From positions 102,433 through 166,432 of the forward strand of contig JBMNLI010000007.1 in the NCBI GenBank assembly GCA_050952645.1: 64,000 nt of DNA. Direction: 5' to 3'. Under the pieces are notes generated by a model that worked only from the letters and a program-made list of their open reading frames with translations, was not told the DNA's origin and searched no databases. This DNA is from Bdellovibrionota bacterium (GTDB lineage Bacteria; Bdellovibrionota_C; UBA2361; CAKMMH01). Shown one piece after another: positions 1-10,775 of this stretch (position 1 is its first letter; the number at the start of each line of letters is the position of its first letter). The position numbers and the translations under genes are program-made.

Positions 1-3
1 AAG

Positions 4-1377
4 GTGGTTATGACAGGTAATAATAATGATCCAGAAGATTGGAAGGATATCATAGGCAACAACCACCATAAGAGGGAACTTGCAGGAAAATTTAAAGATG
101 ATGATGACCCAATGAAGATTGCTATAGTAGTAGATATGTGGCTAACAGGTTTTGATGTGCCAAGTTTAGCTACTATGTATGTATTTAAACCTATGAGGGA
201 CCACAACTTAATGCAGGCTATAGCTAGGGTAAATAGAGTTTTCCAAGACAAGGAAGGTGGCCTAGTAGTAGACTATATAGGTATAGCCAAGGCTCTCAAG
301 GATGCCATGTCTGACTATACAAGAAGAGATAAGGAGAATTATTCCAACCCAGATATTAGAGAAAAGGCCTATCCTAAATTTCAGGAGAAACTGGAAGTAT
401 GTAGGAATGAATTTCTTTTTGGTCTTAAATATAGACCTATATTCGATGAAGACTTAAGTCCTAAAGATAGATCTGACCTTATAACAGAAGGTATAAATCA
501 TATATATAAATTCAATGAGGACAAGCAAAAATCCTTCAAAGAAGAATCCTATATATTAAGACAAGCCCATAGCCTTTGTTCATCCATAAGCACTAGAGAA
601 GAACAAAGAGAAGCAGCCTTTATTGAAGCTATCAGAATAGGAGTAAGTAGGATTGAAAAGGATGGACAGATATCCCTAAAAGAAATTAATAGGCAGATAG
701 AAGAGCTTTTAGAAAACTCTATAAGGTCTGAGGGGGTAATAAATCTCTTTTCAGATATAGATAGGGAGTGTTCCTTATTTGATGAAGAATTCCTTATGAG
801 TGTAGCTATGATGAAGCAGAGAAACCTAGCAGTAGAATTGATGAATAAACTTCTAAGGGAACAAATCAAGCTATATTCAAGGACAAATATAGTTAAATCA
901 GAAGAATTTTCTAAAAAGATGAAAAGAATAATGGACCACTATAGACAAATACAAATAGATAATGCGGAGAGTCTAGATGAATTTATTCGACAACACCATG
1001 ATAATGAAGTAAATAAGGTAATAGATGAGCTTCTAGATCTAGCTAGGGATATAGTCAAGGCAGATAAAATTGGAGAAGAAATAGGATTAACCAAGGAAGA
1101 AACCTCCTTCTACCACGCAATTACATCTCCAGAGGCAGTAAAAGATTTTTATGAAGATGATATTTTAATAGAAATGGCTAAGGAATTAACTAAAGAGCTA
1201 CAAGAGAATGAATCTATTGACTGGCAATATAAAGAGTCTGGTAGGGCTAAGATGAGATCCATCGTAAGAAGACTCCTAAGAAAGTACAAGTATCCTCCAG
1301 AAGGAGTAAGAGAGGCTCTAGAAATAGTATTAAAGCAGTGTGAGCATTGGACAGAGAGTAGAGAATATTTTTATTAG
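4..1377 (+). CDS. hsdR: Type I restriction enzyme R subunit, C-terminal part (5' end outside window)
   Basis: Helicase motifs [11 protein letters not shown] and [18 protein letters not shown], and a DUF3387-type tail ([11 protein letters not shown]). Confidence 0.93.
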   Translation: MVMTGNNNDPEDWKDIIGNNHHKRELAGKFKDDDDPMKIAIVVDMWLTGFDVPSLATMYVFKPMRDHNLMQAIARVNRVFQDKEGGLVVDYIGIAKALKDAMSDYTRRDKENYSNPDIREKAYPKFQEKLEVCRNEFLFGLKYRPIFDEDLSPKDRSDLITEGINHIYKFNEDKQKSFKEESYILRQAHSLCSSISTREEQREAAFIEAIRIGVSRIEKDGQISLKEINRQIEELLENSIRSEGVINLFSDIDRECSLFDEEFLMSVAMMKQRNLAVELMNKLLREQIKLYSRTNIVKSEEFSKKMKRIMDHYRQIQIDNAESLDEFIRQHHDNEVNKVIDELLDLARDIVKADKIGEEIGLTKEETSFYHAITSPEAVKDFYEDDILIEMAKELTKELQENESIDWQYKESGRAKMRSIVRRLLRKYKYPPEGVREALEIVLKQCEHWTESREYFY

Positions 1378-1404
1378 AGAATTAGGGATAAAGGAGGTTA
1401 TTAA

Positions 1405-2316
1405 ATGATTCCAAAATATGATGAAATGATTTTACCTATTTTAAAAATTATTTCAGATGGACAAGAATATAATAATAGTAGGATAGAAGATGAGCTGAGC
1501 AAGGTTTTTAATTTCACCGATGAAGATAGAAAAATGAAACATAAATCAGGAGTAAGGATAGTATATGACAGAATCAGTTGGACTAAATCATATATGAAGC
1601 AAGCTAGATTAATAGAGGTGCCTAAGAGAGGAATTTTTAATATTAGTGCTAGAGGACTACAAGTTTTAGAAGATGATATTGATCTAGTTGATAGGAATTA
1701 TTTAATGAAATTTCAAGAATTCAGGGATTTTATAAACAGAGGAAAAAATGAGAATTCAGTGGAAGATATTCTAGAAGAAGTAGATAGTGAAGATACTCCC
1801 TTGGAGACTATAGAAAAATCTATGAAAAAATTAAATTCTTCTTTAATAGAGGATGTATTAGAAAAGCTTATAGCCATTGACTTTTATAAATTTGAAGATA
1901 TTGTATTGGATCTTTTAATTAAAATGGGTTATGGAGGATCTAAAGAAGAGGCTAAACAATCTACCAGTAAAACTCAAGATGGAGGAATAGATGGAATAAT
2001 TAATGAAGATAGATTGGGCTTAGATAGGATCTACATACAGGCAAAAAGATGGAAAGATACTGTTGTAGGCAGACCTGAAATTCAAAAATTTTCCGGTGCT
2101 CTAGATACTCCAGGAGCAATGAAGGGAGTTTTTATAACAACCTCAACTTTTTCAGATTCTGCAATTCAATATGCTAAAGACTTGGTAAATAAAAAGATAA
2201 TTTTAATTGATGGCATCCAATTGGCAAATTATATGATTGAATTTAATTTGGGTGTATCAACAGATATAGTTTATGAAATTAAAAGAATAGATAGTGATTA
2301 TTTTTTAGAAGAGTGA
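1405..2316 (+). CDS. mrr: Mrr family (type IV) restriction endonuclease
   Basis: Mrr_N winged-helix start (MIPKY...RISW) plus catalytic DGGIDG...IQAKRW...GVFITTS...LIDG; AAGGAGG RBS. Confidence 0.93.
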   Translation: MIPKYDEMILPILKIISDGQEYNNSRIEDELSKVFNFTDEDRKMKHKSGVRIVYDRISWTKSYMKQARLIEVPKRGIFNISARGLQVLEDDIDLVDRNYLMKFQEFRDFINRGKNENSVEDILEEVDSEDTPLETIEKSMKKLNSSLIEDVLEKLIAIDFYKFEDIVLDLLIKMGYGGSKEEAKQSTSKTQDGGIDGIINEDRLGLDRIYIQAKRWKDTVVGRPEIQKFSGALDTPGAMKGVFITTSTFSDSAIQYAKDLVNKKIILIDGIQLANYMIEFNLGVSTDIVYEIKRIDSDYFLEE

Positions 2317-2332
2317 AGATATTGAATGTAAA

Positions 2333-2377
2333 TCTCCCAGTTGAATTTTAAAAATCTAACTGGGAGACTTTTATTTT
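2333..2377 (+). terminator. Intrinsic terminator after mrr
   Basis: TCTCCCAGTT/AACTGGGAGA stem followed by a T-rich run. Confidence 0.75.
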
Positions 2378-2480
2378 AACTAGGGGCTTAGGGGGAACCC
2401 CTAAATCTTTCTGATAAGAACAAGTAGAAAATTGGCTAGAAGAAGCAAGTCTAAAAAAGGCTGGCTTCTTCTATTTTTTT

Positions 2481-2500
2481 GTAAGTGTGTCTACACTTAC
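2481..2500. other. oriT-like hairpin (MOBV/RSA-like)
   Basis: GTAAGTGT-GTCT-ACACTTAC inverted repeat containing AGTGTG, in a non-coding region with other hairpins and GTTACA repeats. Confidence 0.4.
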
Positions 2501-2897
2501 TGTGCTTGCTATTAAGGTTTTATGAATTTCATCCTAAATTTTCTTTATATTATTTTTCCATAATATTATCATAGAAAGATTTGTAACTGTAACCTAGGAT
2601 TTCCAAAGTCCTTAAATAAGGCAAGTATCATAATTTCATATTCCATAACCCTTGATATAAGAAGCTTTCATTTTTTTCCTGGTCTATTTCTAAGGGTTTT
2701 AAAAGTTTGGTTACAAGTTACAAGGTTACAAAGTTACAATTAATCTTATCTTTTTTTCTGTGTCTATTTTTTCTTTTCTGGATTTACTTTTTCAAAATAG
2801 CGAATCAAAAGGCTTATATTTTCACTCTTATATATAAGGGGGGAAAATATTTCTCCCTAAATAAAAAGAGTGAAAAAAAGTAAAGGAGAAGAAAAAG

Positions 2898-3044
2898 ATG
2901 AGAAATGAAGTTTTAGAATATAGTATCCAGCTAGCCATGCTTAGGCAATTATTACTTGAAAAGCTAATAGATAAAAGAGAATATTTTAAGATAAAAGAAG
3001 TACTTATGAAAGAATATAATATTTCTTCAGATTTGACCTGCTAA
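2898..3044 (+). CDS. Small SHOCT-like protein upstream of the serine recombinase (48 aa)
   Basis: Not in ORF track; AAGGAG RBS; MRNEVLEYSIQLAMLRQLLLEKLIDKREYFKIKEVLMKEYNISSDLTC resembles the small ORFs that precede Firmicutes large serine recombinases. Confidence 0.65.
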   Translation: MRNEVLEYSIQLAMLRQLLLEKLIDKREYFKIKEVLMKEYNISSDLTC

Positions 3045-3103
3045 ATGAAACTAGTCGCGGTAAAATGGGATTGTATAGAAAAACACAAAAGAGAGGTGGT
3101 CAA

Positions 3104-4945
3104 ATGAAGAAGGTAGAAGTAATAAAAGGTGAAGGGCTTTTAGCAGGTGTAAGAAATGGACTAGAGATTAATTTGAAAAGGGTAGCAGCCTATTGTAGGG
3201 TAAGTACTGACAGTGAAGATCAACTTCAAAGTTATCAACCCCAGGTCAAATATTATACAGATTTAATCAATGAAAATCCTGATTGGACTATGGCAGGAAT
3301 ATATGCAGATGAAGCTATCACAGGGACACAGATAGATAAAAGACTAGATTTTTAAAGGCTAATAAATGATTGTATGAATGGTGATATAGACATGATTATC
3401 ATCAAGTCTATATCCAGATTTGCTAGGAATACTTTAGATACTCTCAAATATGTAAGGCAATTAAAAGAAATAAATGTAGCAGTATTTTTTGAAGAGGAAA
3501 ATATTAATACCTTAACTATGGATGGAGAATTGCTTTTAGTTATCCTTAGTTCAGTTGCCCAGCAGGAGGTAGAAAATATTTCTGCTAATGTAAAAAAAGG
3601 CTTGAAGATGAAAATGCAAAGGGGGGAATTAGTAGGATTTCATGGCTGCCTAGGTTATGATTATGATAGGAATAGTAAAACCATATCCATAAATGAAGAT
3701 GAGGCTGAAATAGTAAAATATATCTTCAGGAGATACTTAGAAGGGGCAGGGGGAAGTGTAGTATGCAGGGAGTTAGAAAACCTTGGCTACAGATCTCTTA
3801 GAGGTTCTAGCAAATGGTCAGCAACTACTGTCTTAGGAATTATAAAAAATGAAAAATACAAGGGAGATCTTTTAATGGGAAAGACCTTTACGGTAGACCC
3901 TATAAGTAAAAGAAGGTTAGAAAACTTTGGGGAGGAAGATAAGTTTTATATAAAAAACCACCATGAGCCAATAATTAGTCAAGAAGATTTTGAAAAGGCT
4001 CAGGCCATTAGAGAAAAAAGAGCTTGGTCTAGGAATACAGTAAAATCAAAGGATGGAAAAAGAGAAAAATTTAGCCGAGAATATGCCTTTTCTTGTTTAC
4101 TAGAGTGTGGTTTCTGTGGTTCAAATTTATCCAGAAGGACCTGGCATAGTAACTCCCAATATAATAAGGTCATCTGGCAATGTGTAACAGGAACTAAGAA
4201 GGGAATAAGATTTTGTCCTAATTGTAAAGGGATAGAAGAAATAGCCATAGAAAAAGCTTTTCTAGAAAACTATAGACAGCTTACATCAAATAATAAAGAT
4301 ACAGTAAGTAAGTTTTTAGAAATAATAGAAAGCACCTTAAATGATAAGAGCCTAGAGAAAAATATAAAGAAGTTAGAAAGAGAAATCTTTAATATATCCA
4401 ATAAACAAAATTCCTTAATTGACTTAAGACTAGAGGAAAAGATTGATAGCCACCTATATGAAGAAAAATATTTGTCCCTACAGAAGGACTTCTTAGAAAA
4501 AACTAAGGAAAAAGAATCCTTAGAATTTAATCTGATAAACAACAATGAAATAAAAAGCAGGATGAAAACCTTCAAATCCATCTTAGAAAAAAAGAAAGTT
4601 CTAAAGGAATTTGACAGGTATGTATTTGAAAGCATAGTAGAGAAGGTAATAGTGGGAGAAATAGATGAAAAGGGTAATGCAGATTCATATAAGCTTACTT
4701 TTATCTATAAGACAGGCTTTAAGTATGATTTAAATGGAGAAGATTTTAAGCCTCCTAGAAAGAATGCTAAGAAGAATAAGGGAGATAAAAAAGACTTCGA
4801 TAAATTGTCTTCTCTTATTGAAAACAAGGAAGAAAAATTTCCTTCCCATATAACTAACTCCACACATAGAGGTTGTAGGGGTGCTTCAAGCGTTAAATTG
4901 ATGATATTTTTTTTTAAACTAAATTTTTTCTTGAATTGGAACTAA
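3104..4945 (+). pseudogene. Large serine recombinase with in-frame premature stop at 3353-3355
   Basis: YCRVST catalytic motif, KSISRFARN, recombinase domain, Zn ribbon CGFCG...CPNC and coiled coil; ORFs 3065-3355 and 3374-4945 share a frame and are split by one TAA. Confidence 0.88.
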
Positions 4946-5039
4946 AATATTTATTATTTAAAAGTTAAATTTAGCTTTTTTTTTGTAGACTATATAAAAA
5001 ATAGTAAAAGAGATATGTCTAACTATGGTTAGCAACGCT
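4863..5039 (+). repeat. 177-bp direct repeat, copy 1 (rlmD/rumA-like 3' tail plus downstream flank; attR-like junction)
   Basis: Matches 9116-9293 apart from one homopolymer base; starts with codons HIEVVGVLQALN*. Confidence 0.9.
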
Positions 5040-5148
5040 AGGTATATGAAGCTGTGGTAATGATATTCAAAATAAACATTCTTATGAATAGAAAAATACT
5101 GTAATAGTTGATATAATCAAGTAATATTATTGGTTAGGAGGTGTTTTT

Positions 5149-5263
5149 GTGGCGGAAACTAGCAAAGAAATAGTTATAATTAGTTAGGAAGCTATAGAAA
5201 ATATGATTTATACTACAAGGAATCAAAAGGCGATGTTTGATTTTGAGCTTACAGTAAAATCTA
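5149..5263 (+). pseudogene. ORF6N-domain protein fragment
   Basis: AGGAGG RBS; reads MAETSKEIVIIS*EAIENMIYTTRNQKAMFDFELT, resembling the ORF6N N-terminus, with an internal stop and truncation. Confidence 0.5.
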
Positions 5264-5277
5264 AGGGATAATTTTGT

Positions 5278-6292
5278 ATGTCAAGTAATAAGAAAATAAA
5301 ACTAGGGCAATTTTTTACGACGGGTTATGAATGGCTAAAGCCTCATGTTAAAGAGTTTATCGTTAAATCTAATTGCACTGTAGCATACGACCGCTGGAGC
5401 AGGACATTTATTAGAGGTCGCTTCTTTCTATGGAATTAAACATGTAGTTGGTTTAGATATTGATCGGAGTTTAGACTGGGAATTAAACGATTCGTTAAAA
5501 AAAATTCCAAGTATTGATAATGCGATTATTATTACTAATCCTCCATATTTAGCAAAGCAATCTGCAACTAGAAAAAAAATGGATTTATCAGAATATTTTA
5601 ATTCGAGTGTATATGATGATTTATATTTAATCGCTTTAGACAGAATGCTAGAAGCACAAAAATATGTAGTTGCCATTATCCCAGAGTCTTTTATCAACTC
5701 TTCTTATAGAAAAAAACATTTATTATCATCTATAACGATATTAGAAGAAAATCCTTTTACAGATACTGAGGTTCCAGTTTGTGTAGTATGTTTTGATGGT
5801 GTGGGAAAGGATTTTAAAGATATAAAAGTTTATAAGAATGGAGATTTTGAAAATGACTTAGAAACGATAGAGGCAATGAAACTTAGTCCAAGGGGGAATA
5901 TAGATATTTCGTTTAATAATTTAAATAGCTGGGTAGGGCTTCGAGCGGTTGATAGCACTGATGATAGAGTGTGTATCAAGTTTGATTTCAAAGAAAATAT
6001 TAAATATGATTGGGAAAATAATATAAAGGTTTCTTCAAGACATTATATGCTTATTGATATAAAGATTAAGGATTTTAAAAAGGGAGCATTTATTGAAGAA
6101 TGTAATAAAATCTTAAGTACTATAAGAAAAAAATCTGCCGACACTATGAACGAATTATACGAATTTATGAAACAGGTCGATGTGATTGTGCTTTTCTGCC
6201 TGATCTACGGTCTTGCCATCAACGGCATCGTGTGGACGGTAAGTCAAACAATATTGGCTTGCCCTGTCAGAGCCATTGATTATATTGAATAA
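5278..6292 (+). pseudogene. N6-adenine DNA methyltransferase, frameshifted and fused to an unrelated tail
   Basis: LGQFFT start, broken motif I (YD..AGAG, deletion near 5390), motif IV ITNPPY; sequence style changes after about 6145. Confidence 0.7.
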
Positions 6293-6311
6293 AATTTAAA
6301 TAGTTTGATTT

Positions 6312-6327
6312 TGTTGTAAATGCAACA
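6312..6327 (+). promoter_or_regulatory. Crp/Fnr-family (HcpR-like) binding site
   Basis: Palindrome TGTTGT-AAAT-GCAACA centred about 41.5 bp upstream of the start implied by TATAAT at 6349-6354, ahead of the hcp operon. Confidence 0.65.
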
Positions 6328-6429
6328 TACAAATCAATTTTATAAAGATATAATCGAAATAACAAACTTGATGGAATTATCTGGTTATGCTATCTAATAT
6401 CTAGGCACAAATTTATGGAGGTGTATAAA

Positions 6430-6744
6430 ATGATTGAGCAAATTTATGAAATGTCAACTGGAGATGAAAAAGCGGTTGAAAGAGTAATTCAGGATGAAAA
6501 TATTCATTATATTCATATGGTCTTTAATAAGGATGAAGGCCTCCCAGAACATTTCTCTAATTCCAACGTTTATATGACAGTGGTAAGAGGGACTTTATCT
6601 ATCGGGCTAAATGATCAAGAAGTTCACCAATATGATAAAGGAACTCTTTTGAAGATTCCTGTAAATACAAAGATGAATGTAAAAAATTTATCCAAAAGTG
6701 TGCTTGAGTTAATTGTTGTAAAAGCACCGGCACCTTTGAAATAG
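6430..6744 (+). CDS. Cupin domain protein
   Basis: GLPEHFS...VVRG cupin motif; GGAGG RBS before ATG 6430. Confidence 0.85.
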   Translation: MIEQIYEMSTGDEKAVERVIQDENIHYIHMVFNKDEGLPEHFSNSNVYMTVVRGTLSIGLNDQEVHQYDKGTLLKIPVNTKMNVKNLSKSVLELIVVKAPAPLK

Positions 6745-6783
6745 TGAAACAAAATTTATAATCATTGAAAGGAGGAGCAAATA

Positions 6784-6948
6784 ATGATAAAATATGTATG
6801 TATCCCATGTGGATATATCTATGACCCACAAATAGGTGATCCAGATAGTGGAATAGCCCCTGGCACTGCGTTTGAAGATATCCCTGATAATTGGGTTTGC
6901 CCAATTTGCTTTGTGGGTAAAGATGAGTTTGAACCAGTAAAGGAATAA
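6784..6948 (+). CDS. Rubredoxin (54 aa)
   Basis: Not in ORF track; [12 protein letters not shown]...[18 protein letters not shown]. Confidence 0.95.
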   Translation: MIKYVCIPCGYIYDPQIGDPDSGIAPGTAFEDIPDNWVCPICFVGKDEFEPVKE

Positions 6949-6966
6949 TACGAAGGAGGAACGATT

Positions 6967-8598
6967 ATGAGTATGTTTTGTTACCAATGCCAAGAAACCG
7001 CAAAAGGTACCGGTTGTGAGGTAAGAGGTGTGTGTGGCAAAAATGAGGAAGTTGCAAAATTGCAAGACTTGCTGATTTATGTTACAAAAGGGATTTCTGA
7101 AATCGTGGTAAAAGGAAAAGTGGATGTTAAATCCATAAGTGAAGTAAATCATGAAGTTTTAAAAAGCCTTTTTATCACTATTACAAATGCTAATTTTGAT
7201 GACGGTGCAATCGAAAATCAAATCCATAAAATGATTGGATTTAGAAACGAGCTAAAAAAACAGATTTCTGGTGTTAACCTTGGTGATGCGGCGGAGTTTG
7301 AAGTAAGCGATAGAGCGTCTATGTTAGACAAAGCATCTAAAGTAGGTGTTCTTTCAACCGAAAATGAAGATGTTCGTTCTCTTAGAGAAATGATTATCTA
7401 TGGTTTGAAAGGTATGGCGGCATATACCCATCACGCTCTTAATATCGGAAAAGAAGATATTGCTATCAGTGCATTTATTTATGAAGCACTTGCGTCAACC
7501 CTTGATGATTCGTTGTCTGCAGATGATCTTGTGGCATTAACATTAAAGACAGGCGAGTTTGGCGTGAAGGCCATGGCACTGTTAGATGAAGCCAATACCT
7601 CTAAATATGGAAATCCTGAAATAACCAGCGTTAATATTGGGGTAAGAAACAATCCTGGAATACTGATTTCAGGCCATGACCTTACTGATTTAGAGCAACT
7701 ACTGGAACAAACCAAGGGTACTGGTATTGATGTTTATACCCATAGCGAAATGCTTCCGGCACATTATTATCCATTTTTTAAGAAGTATGATAATTTTGCG
7801 GGAAATTACGGCGGTTCATGGTGGCAGCAAGTTACCGAATTCGAAACCTTTAATGGACCAATCTTGTTTACTACAAACTGCATCGTACCTCCAAGAAGCG
7901 AAGAAATCAGAAAAAGAATCTTTACTTCCGGTGCATCGGGCTATCCTGGATGTCCTCACATCACAGCTGATGAAAATGGCAAAAAAGATTTTTCTGAAAT
8001 TATTGCGATGGCAAAGCAGTGTAAGCCTCCTGTAGAAATTGAATCAGGCAATATTGTTGGCGGTTTTGCTCACAACCAAGTTTTTGCTCTTGCAGACAAA
8101 GTAGTTGATGCAGTAAAATCAGGTGCAATTAAGAAGTTTTTCGTCATGGCAGGCTGTGATGGCAGAATGAAATCTCGTGAGTATTACACTGAGTTTGCAG
8201 AAAAACTACCGAAGGATACGGTTATTCTTACTGCAGGATGTGCCAAGTACCGTTATAATAAACTTGAGTTAGGAGATATTGGTGGTATTCCAAGAGTTCT
8301 TGATGCTGGCCAATGTAATGATTCCTACTCTCTTGCAGTAATCGCATTGAAGCTGAAAGAAATATTTGAACTTGAGGACGTTAACGATCTGCCGATTGCA
8401 TTTAACATCGCATGGTATGAGCAAAAAGCGGTAATTGTCTTACTTGCATTACTTTATTTAGGTGTTAAGAATATTCACCTTGGTCCTACCTTGCCAGGAT
8501 TTTTATCTCCTAACGTTGCAAAGGTCCTTGTTGAAAAGTTTGGCATTGCAGGTATCGGACAAGTTGAAGATGATATCAAGTTATTCATGGGCGAATAA
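6967..8598 (+). CDS. hcp: Hybrid cluster protein (hydroxylamine/NO reductase)
   Basis: [15 protein letters not shown]...GVCGK, ISGHD, THSEM, GCDG, GQCNDSY, WYEQKA. Confidence 0.97.
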   Translation: MSMFCYQCQETAKGTGCEVRGVCGKNEEVAKLQDLLIYVTKGISEIVVKGKVDVKSISEVNHEVLKSLFITITNANFDDGAIENQIHKMIGFRNELKKQISGVNLGDAAEFEVSDRASMLDKASKVGVLSTENEDVRSLREMIIYGLKGMAAYTHHALNIGKEDIAISAFIYEALASTLDDSLSADDLVALTLKTGEFGVKAMALLDEANTSKYGNPEITSVNIGVRNNPGILISGHDLTDLEQLLEQTKGTGIDVYTHSEMLPAHYYPFFKKYDNFAGNYGGSWWQQVTEFETFNGPILFTTNCIVPPRSEEIRKRIFTSGASGYPGCPHITADENGKKDFSEIIAMAKQCKPPVEIESGNIVGGFAHNQVFALADKVVDAVKSGAIKKFFVMAGCDGRMKSREYYTEFAEKLPKDTVILTAGCAKYRYNKLELGDIGGIPRVLDAGQCNDSYSLAVIALKLKEIFELEDVNDLPIAFNIAWYEQKAVIVLLALLYLGVKNIHLGPTLPGFLSPNVAKVLVEKFGIAGIGQVEDDIKLFMGE

Positions 8599-8619
8599 TT
8601 CGTACTGATGTTTTAAATG

Positions 8620-8662
8620 AAAGGCAAAGATTCTGGTTGGAAATCGGAATCTTTGCCTTTTT
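8620..8662 (+). terminator. Intrinsic terminator after hcp
   Basis: AAAGGCAAAGATTC/GAATCTTTGCCTTT stem plus T run. Confidence 0.85.
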
Positions 8663-9115
8663 ATATTTAGAAATATGTATGTAGATGATTACTATCCACC
8701 ACCGAAACGTCCCGGTTTTTTTGCTACATTATTTGGCGTGATTGCAGGTATCGATATTGCTACGGACGTTGGAATTATGGGCATGACCATGTTCACGGTT
8801 GCCAATTTGGTGGTAATAGAGGCAGTGGAGGTATGGACTAAGAGAAGGGATAGTCAAATGTTTCAAAGGTAAATTCCATTGTGAAAACGCATTGTTTAAT
8901 CCAGACATTATGATTTCTGAATTAGATAAGATATTTGATAAATAGAGAGAAAGTAAACTTTCAGTTTCATGGAGAGTCAAATTCCAATTTGTCTAATAGA
9001 TGAGAATTATAATTTCTTGGATATATTCCCGCAAACGGCTCAAATACGAAAAAGGCTGTGGATATATTCCCTTGCTCGTAAAAATAGCCAAGACATTCAG
9101 CCTGTCGTATTGAGC

Positions 9116-9293
9116 CACATAGAGGTTGTAGGGGTGCTTCAAGCGTTAAATTGATGATATTTTTTTTTAAACTAAATTTTTTCTTGAATTGGAACTAAAA
9201 TATTTATTATTTAAAAGTTAAATTTAGCTTTTTTTTTTGTAGACTATATAAAAAATAGTAAAAGAGATATGTCTAACTATGGTTAGCAACGCT
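9116..9293 (+). repeat. 177-bp direct repeat, copy 2 (right boundary of island, runs into host DNA)
   Basis: Near-identical to 4863-5039. Confidence 0.9.
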
Positions 9294-10192
9294 TGCTAAA
9301 GAAGCTGGAAATAAATTTGCTGGCTGGGGCAAGGCATTTTCTGAGCCTTTTGAGTCTGATGATAATAGTTTGGCTAAAAAAGTTAAAGATGGAATGTATA
9401 AAGTAGAAGAGATAAAAGACCTTTCTCTATTTTTAAATGGCTCATCGGTTTTTATACCCATTTCTCCAAGAAAAATCGCAGTAGGAACTAGTTCAAGCAA
9501 AATTAATATATTTAAATTATGTAAAGATTCTAAGAATAATTCTCAAGATAAGAAAAAACGCAGTTCGTATACACCTAAATTTAACCTAATCATATCTGTA
9601 AAAGCACATGAAAAACAAGGAGAAATAAAAAATTTAATATTTAATGGTAAACATTTAGCGGCTGTTATAGATGGAGAAGTTTTCGTATATAATAAAGAAG
9701 AAATACGAAGAAAAAGTTATCCATTCTAGATTAGTCGCAGCTAAAGATGGAAATTTTATCGCTATATCTACAGCTGGAAAAATTTACAAATTTACTATCA
9801 TAGAAGACGAAAGAGAAGGAAAGATATTAACAGAAGATAAGATGCTATTAGATGCAAAATGTAGTGTAAGCTACGTAAGCGATATTATGTATAATAAAGA
9901 TCGCCCAGATAGAGCTAAGTTTTTTATTATTGATGAAGAAAATAATCTTAAAAAATATAGTATAAATACAAAAGATAATACCATAGAAAGCGAAGATAGC
10001 GTATCGTTAGATAAGTATATTAGCAAAAATGAAAAGCCTATTTGTGTTTTAAAACATGGGCATCGTGATAATGTAGTATACGTCGTTTTAGCTAGCAGTG
10101 CTCATTTGCGTGCTTTAAAGTTGACAAAGTTAAACAAAAGAAAGAAACAAAAGAAAGAGACAAAAGAAAAAAACAAAAGAAAGAAGAATTAA
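9269..10192 (+). CDS. Hypothetical beta-rich protein, split by frameshift(s)
   Basis: Overlapping ORFs 9370-9729 and 9671-10192 with beta-strand-like repeats; the first frame is open upstream to about 9280. Confidence 0.45.
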
Positions 10193-10199
10193 CAAATAA

Positions 10200-10775
10200 T
10201 TAAATATATAGCTTATTTTTTATAACATAATCTAACACTTCTTTTTCGATTAAATCTGAATGCCTATGCTTTTTTAATTCTTCACGGATATTAGTAGAAG
10301 ATATTTTTTTAGGTTTTACTAAAGTAAAAATAATATTATTTAAATACTCATTAAACTCACTTTCTAAAAATTCTCTATTTATATCGTTTCTAGCAATAAC
10401 TAAAAGTTTGTAATTAGATAAGACGTATGTATACCTTTTCCAAGTTTTAAATTCAAATAAATTATCATAGCCTAAGATAAAATAAAGCTCACTGCCTTTA
10501 TACACTTCTGAGAAATGATCTAATGTTTGATAAGTATATTTTAAATCTCCGTAAAGTTCAAAATCATCTACTTCTAGCCTCTCATTTCCCTTACACATTA
10601 TCTTTAACATATTTAACCTATGAATATCATCTGCTAGACCTTTCTTGTCGTATTTATTACTAGCCGGAACGTAGATTACTTTATCGCAGTAGTTTTTTTC
10701 TAGTAAATCTAAAGCGATTTGCTTATGCATTATATGACAAGGGTTAAAACAACCACCGAAAATAGCTATCTTCAT
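10200..10775 (-). CDS. nadD: Nicotinate-nucleotide adenylyltransferase
   Basis: IAIFGGCFNPCHIMH, YTYQTL, FILGYD, ISSTNIR. Confidence 0.92.
   Translation of the reverse strand: MKIAIFGGCFNPCHIMHKQIALDLLEKNYCDKVIYVPASNKYDKKGLADDIHRLNMLKIMCKGNERLEVDDFELYGDLKYTYQTLDHFSEVYKGSELYFILGYDNLFEFKTWKRYTYVLSNYKLLVIARNDINREFLESEFNEYLNNIIFTLVKPKKISSTNIREELKKHRHSDLIEKEVLDYVIKNKLYI

Noticed and set aside
3353..3355. Alternative genetic code or readthrough to explain split genes
   Set aside because: TAA, TAG and TGA all end intact genes, and most other breaks are frameshifts
8675..9154. ORFs 8675-8872 and 8969-9154 as real genes
   Set aside because: They look like mosaics of fragments at the island end; the second is stitched from rlmD-tail-like scars
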